DNA from: a virus
IMG/VR virus record: IMGVR_UViG_3300030061_002429
Coordinates: 37,689 to 101,688 of that record
Length of the DNA stretch: 64,000 bases
Reading direction: 5' to 3' (one strand)
Shown here one piece after another: positions 28,271-38,350 of this stretch; within the stretch, counting starts at the first letter, position 1, and the number at the start of each line of letters is the position of its first letter. The notes below the pieces were generated by a model. That model did not search any database, had not been told where the DNA came from, and was given only the letters and a program-made list of their open reading frames with translations. Both the position numbers and the translations under genes were made by a program.

Positions 28271-28275
28271 TTTAT

Positions 28276-28362
28276 ATGAGTGTAATAGAAGTTATTTTAC
28301 TTTCTATTATATCTTTTATCGCAGGGTTTGTCGCAACATGGTTTGCTACGATTGGCGATTGA
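28276..28362 (+). CDS. 28-aa single-TM membrane peptide
   Basis: MSVIEVILLSIISFIAGFVATWFATIGD*; last gene of the + strand module. Confidence 0.45.
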   Translation: MSVIEVILLSIISFIAGFVATWFATIGD

Positions 28363-28519
28363 ACGCACTGTCAATCCAAAAGTGACCACACTCTTTGCAT
28401 TGCAACATGTGCAGTCGTTCTTTTTCACCGTCAATGTAGCGAGCAGTGAGCCTTCTCGGTATGTGCCAATGTGTGCATCTTCGGCACTTGACCTTCAAGC
28501 GGTCAAGCAAACGCCCCAT
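28346..28519 (-). CDS. zinc-ribbon protein (57 aa)
   Basis: MGRLLDRLKVKCRRC...QCKECGHFW; coupled to chaperonin stop; not in ORF track. Confidence 0.7.
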   Translation of the reverse strand: MGRLLDRLKVKCRRCTHWHIPRRLTARYIDGEKERLHMLQCKECGHFWIDSAFNRQS

Positions 28520-30039
28520 CACTCAACGCCTCGTCGTGCAATGATGTCATCAATGCGTAGGATAGCATTCGTGACTTCAGCCGCACTAAGCACTGCTTGA
28601 CGTACGAGTTCAGCAGGTTCAAGCACGCCCAACTTGAGCATGTCGCACACGCCTCCGTTCTCAACATCAGGACCAACCGTGAGGTCGCCGTCCATCAGAC
28701 GGTGACGTAGTTCAAGGATGGTATCGAGTGGGTCATGACCTGCATTCTCGGCAATGGTCGCAGGGATGGTTTCTAAGGCATCAGCAAACGCCTCAATAGC
28801 CATCTGTGCTCTACCCCCTACCTGTGCCGCATGTTGGCGTAGATAGACGGCCATACGAGCGTAGGCATTGCCTCCGCCCACGACGACCTTCTCATCACCA
28901 ATTACCATTGATACGACACCAAGAGCGTCATCAAATCCACGCTCGACTTCTTCCAGTGTGTGCGTGGTTGCACCACGCAAGATAAGCGTAGCCTCTTTGC
29001 TCTCCTTGTGATTTGAATGCACGAACAAATACCATATGTCGTTGTGCATCTCACGTACGACCTTTGTCATTGTCATGTCTTCGATGTCATCAACGGTTTG
29101 GTAGATGACACTGTTTGTAGCACGCTTCATGGCACGCATAGCGGATTCAGGCGTACGGCGTACAACATAGATACCGTTCTTCTTGAGGTACGCACAAACG
29201 TGGTCATTGACCCCATCACGTACGAAAACAATACCTACTTTACCTTTGAAAGCATCAACAATCTCTTTGGCTCTTGAAATCAAATCAGCCTTACCTGCCG
29301 ATTTGTATGTACTGTATGACTGTGCATCGAGTTGTACTTGCACGTTCTCTTCGTTCTTTTCAACATCAAGGCCAGTATTGATGAGCATCATGTGGTAGTA
29401 CTCGCTTGCATCAGACTCATCTTCAATCACGAAGTCCTTGCTCACAATGACACCGTTGAACAGGGATGAGTCATTGACCGAGCCACCCGGAAACGACACC
29501 ACACGCACAGACTTCGCATCACCCGCTTGCTCAACAGCCGATACACACAGTTCAGCCACTTGGTCAAGCGAATGCTCAAGTGTCTTACCAGTGATTGCTG
29601 TCTTAGCAACGGACAGTGTTTCATCTCGCCCTTCGGCAAGCATTGTAATTTCATCTTGCAAGTACTTGGTTGCCATTTGTGAAGCCTCGTGATACCCACG
29701 ACAAATCACATTCGGGTGCAAACCTTTAGCGAACAATGCTTCGGTATGTCCAAGCAATGCCCCTGAAAGTACGACTGTACTTGTTGTTCCGTCGTAGCAT
29801 AGGTTTTCTTGTGTCTTTGCTACTTCGGCAATCATCTTCCCGCCCGGATGTGAAACATCGACTTCACGGAGGATGGTAGCCCCGTCATTCGTTACGATGA
29901 CGTTGCCGTGTCCATCGACCAACATCTTGTCCATACCCATCGGTCCAAGCGTAGACTTGACGGTTTCAGCAATCGTCCTTGCCGCCCGTATGTTCATCGC
30001 TTGTGCATTCGTTCTTGTTTGTTCTGTATCTTTCTTCAA
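28519..30039 (-). CDS. ths: group II chaperonin (thermosome subunit)
   Basis: TLGPMGMDKML, TNDGATIL, DGTTS, ILRIDD. Confidence 0.95.
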   Translation of the reverse strand: MKKDTEQTRTNAQAMNIRAARTIAETVKSTLGPMGMDKMLVDGHGNVIVTNDGATILREVDVSHPGGKMIAEVAKTQENLCYDGTTSTVVLSGALLGHTEALFAKGLHPNVICRGYHEASQMATKYLQDEITMLAEGRDETLSVAKTAITGKTLEHSLDQVAELCVSAVEQAGDAKSVRVVSFPGGSVNDSSLFNGVIVSKDFVIEDESDASEYYHMMLINTGLDVEKNEENVQVQLDAQSYSTYKSAGKADLISRAKEIVDAFKGKVGIVFVRDGVNDHVCAYLKKNGIYVVRRTPESAMRAMKRATNSVIYQTVDDIEDMTMTKVVREMHNDIWYLFVHSNHKESKEATLILRGATTHTLEEVERGFDDALGVVSMVIGDEKVVVGGGNAYARMAVYLRQHAAQVGGRAQMAIEAFADALETIPATIAENAGHDPLDTILELRHRLMDGDLTVGPDVENGGVCDMLKLGVLEPAELVRQAVLSAAEVTNAILRIDDIIARRGVE

Positions 30040-30647
30040 TTCCAGTTCACCTCAACTTCAATTATTTGTCCCGTATCAACAGCACGAGAACGTACATAGC
30101 CTTCGCTCTTGCCGAAACTGTAGAGGTCGTAAGTAAGCCGAGCATCGCTCAAGCAGTACTTCGCCACCTCGTCGTATCGTCCGTTCCTCCAAGCCGTAGG
30201 CGCATCTTCGCTGTTCATTAACTTACTGTCGCCCAACGTGTGTTTGACAAGGGAATTTAGGTCAGTCATCACTTTCTGTTGCGACAGGGATGCCTTGTTT
30301 ACGAGATTCTTTGTGTCGATGACACTATCGCTCTTGAGCATGTCACCTGCTGTCCAACAATCCAATGCATCTCGTAGCACTGGTAGGTCAAAGGACTTGA
30401 TGTTGTGACCAATAATTGAACCACCCTTCTCCACATGGTCGGCTAAATCGTCACCGAGTGTACGTGGGTGTAGGGCTTTGACAGTAGCATCTATAGAAAG
30501 CGATTTGTTGCAATATACACTACCACTATCACCATTCCATGTAGCCACGACTGTAGGCTCAAACGAAGCCGTCTTGTCCCAACCACCTATCTCCCAAGAG
30601 AAGTTACCAGTTTCAATATCAAGTGCCATTACGTTATCGCTCACCAT
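30036..30647 (-). CDS. DEDD/DnaQ-like 3'-5' exonuclease
   Basis: ALDIET, GHNIKSFD, YCLSD. Confidence 0.85.
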   Translation of the reverse strand: MVSDNVMALDIETGNFSWEIGGWDKTASFEPTVVATWNGDSGSVYCNKSLSIDATVKALHPRTLGDDLADHVEKGGSIIGHNIKSFDLPVLRDALDCWTAGDMLKSDSVIDTKNLVNKASLSQQKVMTDLNSLVKHTLGDSKLMNSEDAPTAWRNGRYDEVAKYCLSDARLTYDLYSFGKSEGYVRSRAVDTGQIIEVEVNWN

Positions 30648-32040
30648 TATCACCCTTGCGTCTGTAGTACATTCGTCCGTTGCTCTTTTTACGATTGAAT
30701 AGTTTGGGTCCGTAGTCTTTGAAGTGACGCTGTACGGTACTCTTGCTCACTCCCGTATGTGACATATACTGATTCCATACGCTTGATTGCATTCGCCAGC
30801 CGTCACCATGACCATCCAACTCATATCCTGCACATTCGCCATACGCCTTAAGCATATCATCTTGCAACTTGGCTTCCTTTGCTTTGTTACCACCAATCTC
30901 GACAGAATCCTCAAGCCACGCAATGAGGTTTTGGAACAGGTCGAAAAGAATCTCATGCGCCATGTCTACGTGTTCAGGCTTGACTTCCCACTTCTCATCG
31001 AGTAGAGCCATGTGTACTGAAAAGATACCAAGATAATTCTCAACCGCAGGTGTGAAGGATGCTACAATTTCAGACATTGCCGCATCCATGTTGCGTAGTA
31101 GGTCGTATATCTCATCAGACGCTTGATACAGTGCAGTTTCATAGTCACTTGAAGCAGTGAACATATCCCACATCTTTTCTTGTACGAGGTCTTCTTTCTC
31201 ATCATTCGTCATCTCGTCCCATTGCGTGAATGTAATTTCACCCATGTTGAGAAGGCGGTCACGTATGCGCTTCTCGGTTGTTGTAAAGTAATCGTAGATG
31301 TCGTCCTTTGTGTATTCGACCTGCTTTGACTTACGGAAGAATGTACCCAGTCGAGTGTTGCTCACCTCTTGACGCATGTCCATGTCCCAGTGTGCCCAGT
31401 ACAACAGTACACGCTGAAAGATACCTTTCGTCAAGACATACTCCTTGACACCCTTTGGTGGGTACGTTGTAATCCATAGCGACACCAGTGAAGGACACTC
31501 AATCTTGTTACCCTTCATGTGCTTCACAAGTACATTGTTTCCGCTACCTACAGGGTTACAGGCTGTCTGTAGATACAGAACAGTTTCTTGACTGTGCTTG
31601 TTTGGGGTAAGAAGAATAGAACCCTCATCGAAGTTGATACCCTTGCGCCCTGCAAGAAGTCCTTCGACCGTTTCAACCTCGCTTGTTGGTTTACCGTTCT
31701 CATCCATGACGACATTCGTTGAACCAATCAGACCTGCGTCTGTACCCGAAGCAAACAACTCGGTTGGTAAATCGACATTCTCCATGATGTCACCAATGAA
31801 GTTCCATGCAATCGACTTACCCGTTCTCGATGGCTGAATCCAAAAGACGTGTACACGAGGGTCAAGGTGCGTGTCACCTGTCGGTATACGAATGTACGGT
31901 AATGCCAGTTGTCCTTGGATATAGAAAAAGGACAGTAGGCCCGGTATCTCATTGTTCATTGATGTTCTCGAAAAATGATGCAAGTATGCATCAAGAACTG
32001 GGAACTTTTGTACTGCTTTGTAATTGCTTGCTTCTGTCAT
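30634..32040 (-). CDS. AAA+ ATPase, MCM-like putative replicative helicase
   Basis: Walker A PSRTGKS, TDAGLIG, GLL, FDEG, FQR arginine finger; C-terminal HTH-like region. Confidence 0.6.
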   Translation of the reverse strand: MTEASNYKAVQKFPVLDAYLHHFSRTSMNNEIPGLLSFFYIQGQLALPYIRIPTGDTHLDPRVHVFWIQPSRTGKSIAWNFIGDIMENVDLPTELFASGTDAGLIGSTNVVMDENGKPTSEVETVEGLLAGRKGINFDEGSILLTPNKHSQETVLYLQTACNPVGSGNNVLVKHMKGNKIECPSLVSLWITTYPPKGVKEYVLTKGIFQRVLLYWAHWDMDMRQEVSNTRLGTFFRKSKQVEYTKDDIYDYFTTTEKRIRDRLLNMGEITFTQWDEMTNDEKEDLVQEKMWDMFTASSDYETALYQASDEIYDLLRNMDAAMSEIVASFTPAVENYLGIFSVHMALLDEKWEVKPEHVDMAHEILFDLFQNLIAWLEDSVEIGGNKAKEAKLQDDMLKAYGECAGYELDGHGDGWRMQSSVWNQYMSHTGVSKSTVQRHFKDYGPKLFNRKKSNGRMYYRRKGDNGER

Positions 32041-32054
32041 ATTTTCACACCTTC

Positions 32055-32076
32055 TTTCTCTTTGCCAGTTTATAAA
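32055..32076 (-). promoter_or_regulatory. repeated promoter cassette copy 1
   Basis: TTTATAAACTGGCAAAGAGAAA followed by RBS and the helicase ATG. Confidence 0.8.
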
Positions 32077-32778
32077 TCAGCGACGGACTTTACGCTCTTG
32101 TCTTACTTCTTCTTCACTCGTTAGTACTTTCATCAGTAATTTACGTCGTGCTTCACCAAGCCCTTTCACCTGTTTCAATGATTCAGGGAAAGCCATCTCC
32201 TCGATGCTACCGCACTTGTCAAGCAAGCGTTCAGCAATCTCTCGTCCTACGGAGGGTATAGCCATCAGCACGTCCATGCGTATGTCATTGGACGCTACAC
32301 GGCGCACTGCTTGAGCACCATGCTTACTTGCAGGTTTGTGCAACTTGTCGTGTAGTTTAACGACAAACATAGCCGCTTCACTAACGTGTGGAGTGTAGAA
32401 TACTTGGCAGTTGAAATCAGACATAATGCGTGCGATAGTGCCAATCAATTCGCTTTGAACTCGTGAGTATGTGACATTCTTACTCCCCTTGTTCTTCATT
32501 ATGCTTACGTGTTTTTCTATAGAACCGTGTACGAGAAGGAAGAACCTTTCGTAGTTGGCATCCATGTTGTCCAGTTGTCGCCATAGATGACCGTTGTGTG
32601 ATGACTGAAACAAGTCGCTGATGCTCTTGGCTTCAACACACGCCCCTCCTAATTGGTAGTCACCGACCACCAACACTTGGCGTGCGACAGTCATACCTGC
32701 TTTCTCGGCACGTCGTTCTACAGACTCGCATAGTGTTCCTCGTTCATTGCTGTCAATAATTAAATCAGGTTTAGCCAT
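32077..32778 (-). CDS. ERCC4/XPF-family nuclease with HhH motifs
   Basis: IIDSNER, GDY, VEAKSISDL, IPSVG and VKGLG HhH motifs. Confidence 0.85.
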   Translation of the reverse strand: MAKPDLIIDSNERGTLCESVERRAEKAGMTVARQVLVVGDYQLGGACVEAKSISDLFQSSHNGHLWRQLDNMDANYERFFLLVHGSIEKHVSIMKNKGSKNVTYSRVQSELIGTIARIMSDFNCQVFYTPHVSEAAMFVVKLHDKLHKPASKHGAQAVRRVASNDIRMDVLMAIPSVGREIAERLLDKCGSIEEMAFPESLKQVKGLGEARRKLLMKVLTSEEEVRQERKVRR

Positions 32779-33020
32779 TATTCTTCCTCCGTGATACGTG
32801 TGTTTATTTTTTGATGATTGTTGCAAAATAAACTATTCTGAATTCTAAATTGTTTACATCTTTTTCCTCTTGCTGTAATGGATTTACAATGATACTCTTC
32901 TTGCACTTCTTTCTTACCTTTACATGCATAACAAATTCGTACATAGCCTTCAAAGTAACGACTTGGTATTACAGTGCCTCTATTACCATTGCAGATAGTA
33001 CACGGAACAGACGGCATCAT
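32778..33020 (-). CDS. small zinc-finger protein
   Basis: CTICNG, CYACKG, CKSITARGKRC...FCNNH. Confidence 0.6.
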   Translation of the reverse strand: MMPSVPCTICNGNRGTVIPSRYFEGYVRICYACKGKKEVQEEYHCKSITARGKRCKQFRIQNSLFCNNHQKINTRITEEE

Positions 33021-34105
33021 AAACCACCCGTCCCATCATAGTAATTACACTTACCGACGCATAATCCTTCATTGTACAATGAAGCACAAGTCGCATGAGT
33101 ATGACCCGCCTTTACAATGTGTGACACACGCATTGTCGTATAATCACGGTCAAAGTCTACCCAGTTTTGTTGTGAGCAAATACTTACAATTGGTTCAACA
33201 TGTTTCATCCTATCTTCTTCCTTGACCTTCCATGCGGGAAAGAACATGCGGAAGCGGTCAGCAAGGTACGATACGAAGTGGTATCTTGCTCGGTCGGTGG
33301 GGTTGCCCCCACCCATAGCCGCTTGTGCCAAGCAGGGAAGAATGTGAATGTCATCATAGGATATGGTTGGTAAATCAACGGGCTTGATGTCGTTCATTGT
33401 CATCAGTTGGTTCTCAACTATCTTGAACTCCAACGGCTCACCACCCATACTGATGTAACCTTCGTGTGCATCCATTGCCTTGTCTTGTAGGTCATCATAC
33501 GAGAGGGTCATCAGGTCTTCGCTTGACAGTGGTATCGACCAACAATCTCGTCTTGCATTGTACGAGTTGGGAATACGAATCATACCACTGGTATCGAATG
33601 CTACTGTTGGGTCATTGCACCGCAGTCCACCAATGTCCTTCTCCCACTGGTTCAATAGCATTGCACCCGAATACTTTACTCTTGAAAGTTCAGAACCGCT
33701 TGTCGGATTTATTGATTCAGCAAACGGAACCCATACGTGAAAACCACCACCACTGAACCAAACAAAGTGTTCAATGTTCTTGCCCTGCAAGTGCTGATGA
33801 AGACGACGCACCTCCTCTTGAGGCACTTCAAAGTGTACCTCCGCACCACGATTCTTGAAGTCTTTACAATCAAAGTCCATAACGAAGTGATGTATCTTCG
33901 GAGTATTGTAATCGACTCGGTGATGCTTCGGTGCTTGCGTTTCATTGTAACCGTACGCTGTGAAGTATACGTTGCCCGAACCGTTCTTTCCTTTCCAGTA
34001 CTGTTGCAACTCATCAGCGTTGCGTACAATACGTCGCCAACCCTTCATGCCATTGGCAGGGAGTTCTAAGACCTCACGAGGGAAGTCTATCGGTACAAAG
34101 GGCAT
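33017..34105 (-). CDS. archaeo-eukaryotic primase, PriS-PriL(Fe-S) fusion
   Basis: DFD, FSGGGFHV, RIP; C-terminal LPC...C...GLC.GKC. Confidence 0.85.
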   Translation of the reverse strand: MPFVPIDFPREVLELPANGMKGWRRIVRNADELQQYWKGKNGSGNVYFTAYGYNETQAPKHHRVDYNTPKIHHFVMDFDCKDFKNRGAEVHFEVPQEEVRRLHQHLQGKNIEHFVWFSGGGFHVWVPFAESINPTSGSELSRVKYSGAMLLNQWEKDIGGLRCNDPTVAFDTSGMIRIPNSYNARRDCWSIPLSSEDLMTLSYDDLQDKAMDAHEGYISMGGEPLEFKIVENQLMTMNDIKPVDLPTISYDDIHILPCLAQAAMGGGNPTDRARYHFVSYLADRFRMFFPAWKVKEEDRMKHVEPIVSICSQQNWVDFDRDYTTMRVSHIVKAGHTHATCASLYNEGLCVGKCNYYDGTGGL

Positions 34106-34109
34106 ACAA

Positions 34110-34412
34110 TCACCGCTTAAGAAACATCATGGCATCAAGATGTTCAGCCATATCATCCATCAGTTGATTGATTTTTTCAGGCTTGAGGTATCTTGCATGT
34201 ACAGTGTAATGAATGTGATACGGTCCAACGAAATCAGGATAACCCGTTTCTTCTTCCAAAAATTTGTCAAGCGTCGTTTGGCGAAATACATTACAAGTGA
34301 AAGGAACTCGATTTGGTAAGTTGCCAGTTTTTTGCACAGCGATGTGTACAATGTGTTCTTCGTCTACTTTTTCCGATAGGTATTTTTCTATTGCTATTGT
34401 TGCTTCTTTCAT
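34110..34412 (-). CDS. hypothetical protein with PIP-like motif
   Basis: 100 aa; RQTTLDKF. Confidence 0.65.
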   Translation of the reverse strand: MKEATIAIEKYLSEKVDEEHIVHIAVQKTGNLPNRVPFTCNVFRQTTLDKFLEEETGYPDFVGPYHIHYTVHARYLKPEKINQLMDDMAEHLDAMMFLKR

Positions 34413-35434
34413 TGTTCGTCCTCCATTATCTTGTCTAAATATTCATCTGTTACCGACCAAAACTCGCAGTGGTCTTTGTAGTCGCACCAGTTACATTTGA
34501 GTTTCTGTTCTTCAAGGGGTACATCTTTTTTGAGCCTACCCAAGTATGGGTCGGGTGGGAACTCCATTGCGATGTGCGCTCGCACCATCTTCTCCAGTGT
34601 ACGCTCGACGCTCTTGACTGCGTTGCTTCCTGTCTTGTTTGTTGCCGATTCGTAGTGAATGGCTGGACCAGTACCACCCTCGATACCCCCACCCGGAAAC
34701 TCCCATCCCCAGTGGGTGATAGGAAGATACTCATGGTGTGGACTGTGGTCAAGCATCATCTTGTAGAAAGCCATCTCCTTACGCATGTTCGTAGGTTTGC
34801 TCTTGTTGTACTTACCACTCTTCAATTCCATGAGCGCATAACCATCAGACTCGCTTGGGAACAGCGTGTCAATAAATCCCGATAGGTGTACTTTCACTGG
34901 TGTATCATCAATAACAACGTAGCGGTTAGCATGTACGTTTGCCTCAACACCAGCAGGTCGCCACTTCTTACCTTGTGTAATGATGAGTCGATTGTATTGC
35001 CAATCAACCCATTGTCGAATCTGTTCCTCCTCACCGTACTCATACGGTTCAGGAGGCTGTGGAATAAAACTGTGGAGTAGCGCACGCCCTGCTTCATCAT
35101 CAAATTCAGCGAGGTTCAAAACCGCTTGCTCTTGCTTCTTCGATATGTTCTCCCAAAACCACTCCATCATGTCGTGTACGTTCAGTCCACGAGTGTGATA
35201 ATATCGGCTCTCGCCTCGCAGTCCCTTGAATTTCTCAAGGTAGTATTGTTGGCGACACCAACCGAATGTACCCATGCTTGACTTCGTGACTCTCAAGATA
35301 GTACCGTCTTGCAGGTTTGGATTCCAAGCGTATGTGCTGTTTTGATGCCACAGCATTTCTTCCCTGTGGCCTGTTTCAGCATTGTACTCTTCAATGGTTT
35401 GACGTGAGTCATCACCTGTTGGATTCCATCTCAT
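34409..35434 (-). CDS. Cas4/RecB-like PD-(D/E)XK nuclease
   Basis: WC, G..VH, GFID, ELKSG, CNWCDYKDHC Fe-S cysteines. Confidence 0.85.
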   Translation of the reverse strand: MRWNPTGDDSRQTIEEYNAETGHREEMLWHQNSTYAWNPNLQDGTILRVTKSSMGTFGWCRQQYYLEKFKGLRGESRYYHTRGLNVHDMMEWFWENISKKQEQAVLNLAEFDDEAGRALLHSFIPQPPEPYEYGEEEQIRQWVDWQYNRLIITQGKKWRPAGVEANVHANRYVVIDDTPVKVHLSGFIDTLFPSESDGYALMELKSGKYNKSKPTNMRKEMAFYKMMLDHSPHHEYLPITHWGWEFPGGGIEGGTGPAIHYESATNKTGSNAVKSVERTLEKMVRAHIAMEFPPDPYLGRLKKDVPLEEQKLKCNWCDYKDHCEFWSVTDEYLDKIMEDEQ

Positions 35435-35615
35435 CGGTCACCTCTCCTATCAATTTTTCAACATACACAGCCGCATCCATCAACTCTTCTTGGAGGTGGA
35501 TGAGCCACTCACGTAGTGAGAGAATCTCATCAGCCATGCTCACGCCATACTTCTTCAAACCGACTTCGGCTCGACCTTGAATCTTCTCACATACTTTGTC
35601 TTCTATTGTACTCAT
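35412..35615 (-). CDS. small all-alpha NTP-pyrophosphatase-like phage protein
   Basis: R..GLKKYG...WLIHLQEELMDAAVY. Confidence 0.55.
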   Translation of the reverse strand: MSTIEDKVCEKIQGRAEVGLKKYGVSMADEILSLREWLIHLQEELMDAAVYVEKLIGEVTDEMESNR

Positions 35616-35725
35616 TCCTCTTCCTCCTTCTTCTTCCATAATTCAGAACATCTTGGACCTGCACAGAAGCGGAAGCCACGATGTGCGGGTAGGCTACATC
35701 CACGCTTGGCGCAAGGGCGAGGCAT
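35612..35725 (-). CDS. 37-aa Cys4 microprotein
   Basis: MPRPCAKRGC...FCAGPRC...EEEE*; overlaps both neighbours; not in ORF track. Confidence 0.6.
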   Translation of the reverse strand: MPRPCAKRGCSLPAHRGFRFCAGPRCSELWKKKEEEE

Positions 35726-35943
35726 CAAATCATCCCCCTGTACTTACGTGGAGTGTTACCAAAGCCCACGCTTTCAGTCATCTCGTAATCCGTTAATCGC
35801 TTCTGTGATGGATGAGTCAAGTCAAAGAACTCATCCAGTGTAGTCTGTCGCATAATCTTACCACCGCAGTTACAACAATACTTTACCTTTGATTGTACAG
35901 TTTCCGCTTCGGTCACTTTTTTCCAAAATTTCCATTTACTCAT
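35725..35943 (-). CDS. small protein with two PIP-like motifs
   Basis: CCNC, RQTTLDEFF, QKRLTDY. Confidence 0.55.
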   Translation of the reverse strand: MSKWKFWKKVTEAETVQSKVKYCCNCGGKIMRQTTLDEFFDLTHPSQKRLTDYEMTESVGFGNTPRKYRGMI

Positions 35944-35947
35944 GTTA

Positions 35948-38350
35948 TCACCATCCATACCTCTTCGGTACTCGCAAGTCCGTTAGAGCATCCAAGTTCC
36001 AATAGAGAGTTTCGTATACTGATTTGATTTTCGACCGAATCCATTTCTCAACGGTAGTCGTCCAGTCGATGCTGTAGCCCTCCAACTGGTGAGGTTCTTC
36101 AAACGCTACGACGTTGCACATGGGTTGCCCTTCGGGAACACCGTCGATAAATACCCATCGTATGCTGTCGCCCTTGTTGAAGTCGGTTTGAAGGTGGAGG
36201 TTGGAGTAGCGTGCCGCTTTCGCAGGGTTGGGTACAACCTTGTCGTACTCATGTAGATGCTTAGAGATACGCCCACTTGAGGCAATCTCTTGCACGTCAC
36301 GCTCACCCTTGTACAACTGTTTGATGAGAGGACGTACCTGTTCAAACACCTCATCTTCATTAGCCCCAGTACCAATTAACGTAAACGCTGTCGAAAGAAT
36401 CTCTTTCGTAATAGCAGGTGCATTCGATGCCTTGAGTGAATACCCAGTGACCTTCATTTGACCCTCCTCTTCGGGAGGGAAAGACTTGATACCAAAGTTG
36501 CGATTCTTCATGTTGGCTGTAAACCAGTATGGGAAGAACGCTTCAAACTCAACGTCAAGGTAAGCCAAATTCATATCTTCTTGTGCGATGGTTGTCAACT
36601 CCTCGCACAAACCTTGAGCCTCATCAAACGGTACTTGTACATACACTGAATCCGTGTGACCTGCAAGTGCTTTGTAGCCACGCTTCTCACACTCATCAAC
36701 GAGCATGGTAATCGACCTGCGACCAAGATAGGTAATGGACTGTGCAATCGCATAGTTACTCCATTGGCCTGAAATTTTACGTGTGCCCGTCATGCCGTAC
36801 AGTGCATTGACTGCAACTTTGACAGCCATCTGCAACATGTTGTAACCCAGTTTCTCATCAGGGTTGGTTGCTTCTTTCATGAGAGTCTTGTACTCCTTAC
36901 GTAGAGCGAGTAATTCTTTAACAACCTTCGGGAACAAACCTTCCGTGGTTTGGTCCCAGTGATATGTACCACCAGTGCCTTCGATGTATGTGCCATCTTT
37001 GTCACGCTTTGGTGGAATGTTGAGTGTGAGTATACCTTCTCCACCCTCATCAACGAGGGTCGTCCAGCATAGGTTAGCGGAGAGGATAATGTTAGGATAT
37101 AGAGATGCGAAGTCTTTCAATGCAACGTTCTCATGACGACCCGGTACGGGTGTCATGACCCATGCGGCTTCAAGTTCAGGCCGTTCTTCAACGAATGAAG
37201 ATGGTGCTTTGAGTTCCGTACGTCGTCCTATCAGACCACGGAAGTAACGAGTCACCTTGTGCGTGCTTGCGAACTGTACACCACAGACTTTCTGTAGCGC
37301 AACGTGGAAGTCAGTGCAATGCAACTTCTCATCACAGTCACGCAAGAGTGTTGTGTCCACTAAACAATAATCAACGAAGTCATCATAGTAATCTGTCCAA
37401 CCGTTAAAGACGGTCATACCTTGAATGTCATTGGTTAGTTTACCTGCGAAACCAAGTTGTTTAGCAAACCAATCCAACTTTCTCGACTCGGCTTGTCCCT
37501 TGCCCGACTTTTGCCATATGGCCTCAAAGCCCGTACCGTCCGTCCACTGTGCGGCTGTGTCATACACCAGTCGTCCTTTGATGGGTTGGCGTGTTGTCTT
37601 GTACCCCGACCCATCCTTTGGTGGTGCAATGAAGATATTGAGTGGCGACATGCGCTCACGCTCAACACCGAGCCTCTTGTGTAGATGAGGCAGGTCAGCC
37701 CAGTGACCTGCGTGTGCAATCAGAATATCAGGGTCACGTTCCTCAAGGAAGGATAAGAAACCATCATGCATCTTGTGCTCATTGGGGAACGTACGCAACT
37801 CATAACCATCGTATCGGTCAATCCATTCAGTCTTGTACACGTTGTTCAGATTACTATGCTCATTCCATGCAAATACCACTGGATGTTCCATGTCGGTATC
37901 GACAACAGCCATGACTGTTGTGTAATCATTGTCACCGTTTGGATTCCATTCAAGGTCGTAATACCACTTACGAGGTTGGAAGTTGGGCATCTCATCAGGG
38001 TACAGTTTCATTAGCACTTGGTCTTGATACGATACATCAGCCTCGTGCGTCCAACGGTCACATCGGTCTTTGAGTTGCCATAGTGTGTTGGGGTGCGATA
38101 CTGATACCTTCCACAACTTGTTGCCGTACAAACCCTGTGCTACTTCATCGTAGTGTATGGTAGCGTTGAGCCGTTGCATCCTACGCAATACGTGTGTAGG
38201 TGCGGCTTGGTCTACCCAACAGAAGGGTCGCACGTAGTCTTCATCTTCCGCACGTATGTATCGCTCGTGCAGTACACCATCAGACCCACGAGTACGTAGG
38301 TACAGCACTGGTGCGTCGTACGCACTTTCCGAATACCAGTCGATTATCAT
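35948..38350 (-). CDS. polB: family B DNA polymerase
   Basis: DLE exonuclease motif, DFASLYP, KVAVNALYG, GHTDS. Confidence 0.95.
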   Translation of the reverse strand: MIIDWYSESAYDAPVLYLRTRGSDGVLHERYIRAEDEDYVRPFCWVDQAAPTHVLRRMQRLNATIHYDEVAQGLYGNKLWKVSVSHPNTLWQLKDRCDRWTHEADVSYQDQVLMKLYPDEMPNFQPRKWYYDLEWNPNGDNDYTTVMAVVDTDMEHPVVFAWNEHSNLNNVYKTEWIDRYDGYELRTFPNEHKMHDGFLSFLEERDPDILIAHAGHWADLPHLHKRLGVERERMSPLNIFIAPPKDGSGYKTTRQPIKGRLVYDTAAQWTDGTGFEAIWQKSGKGQAESRKLDWFAKQLGFAGKLTNDIQGMTVFNGWTDYYDDFVDYCLVDTTLLRDCDEKLHCTDFHVALQKVCGVQFASTHKVTRYFRGLIGRRTELKAPSSFVEERPELEAAWVMTPVPGRHENVALKDFASLYPNIILSANLCWTTLVDEGGEGILTLNIPPKRDKDGTYIEGTGGTYHWDQTTEGLFPKVVKELLALRKEYKTLMKEATNPDEKLGYNMLQMAVKVAVNALYGMTGTRKISGQWSNYAIAQSITYLGRRSITMLVDECEKRGYKALAGHTDSVYVQVPFDEAQGLCEELTTIAQEDMNLAYLDVEFEAFFPYWFTANMKNRNFGIKSFPPEEEGQMKVTGYSLKASNAPAITKEILSTAFTLIGTGANEDEVFEQVRPLIKQLYKGERDVQEIASSGRISKHLHEYDKVVPNPAKAARYSNLHLQTDFNKGDSIRWVFIDGVPEGQPMCNVVAFEEPHQLEGYSIDWTTTVEKWIRSKIKSVYETLYWNLDALTDLRVPKRYGW

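Noticed and set aside
35948-38350. Intein or intron in polB (also RFC and helicase)
   Set aside because: Lengths are normal and no splice-junction or homing endonuclease motifs were seen.
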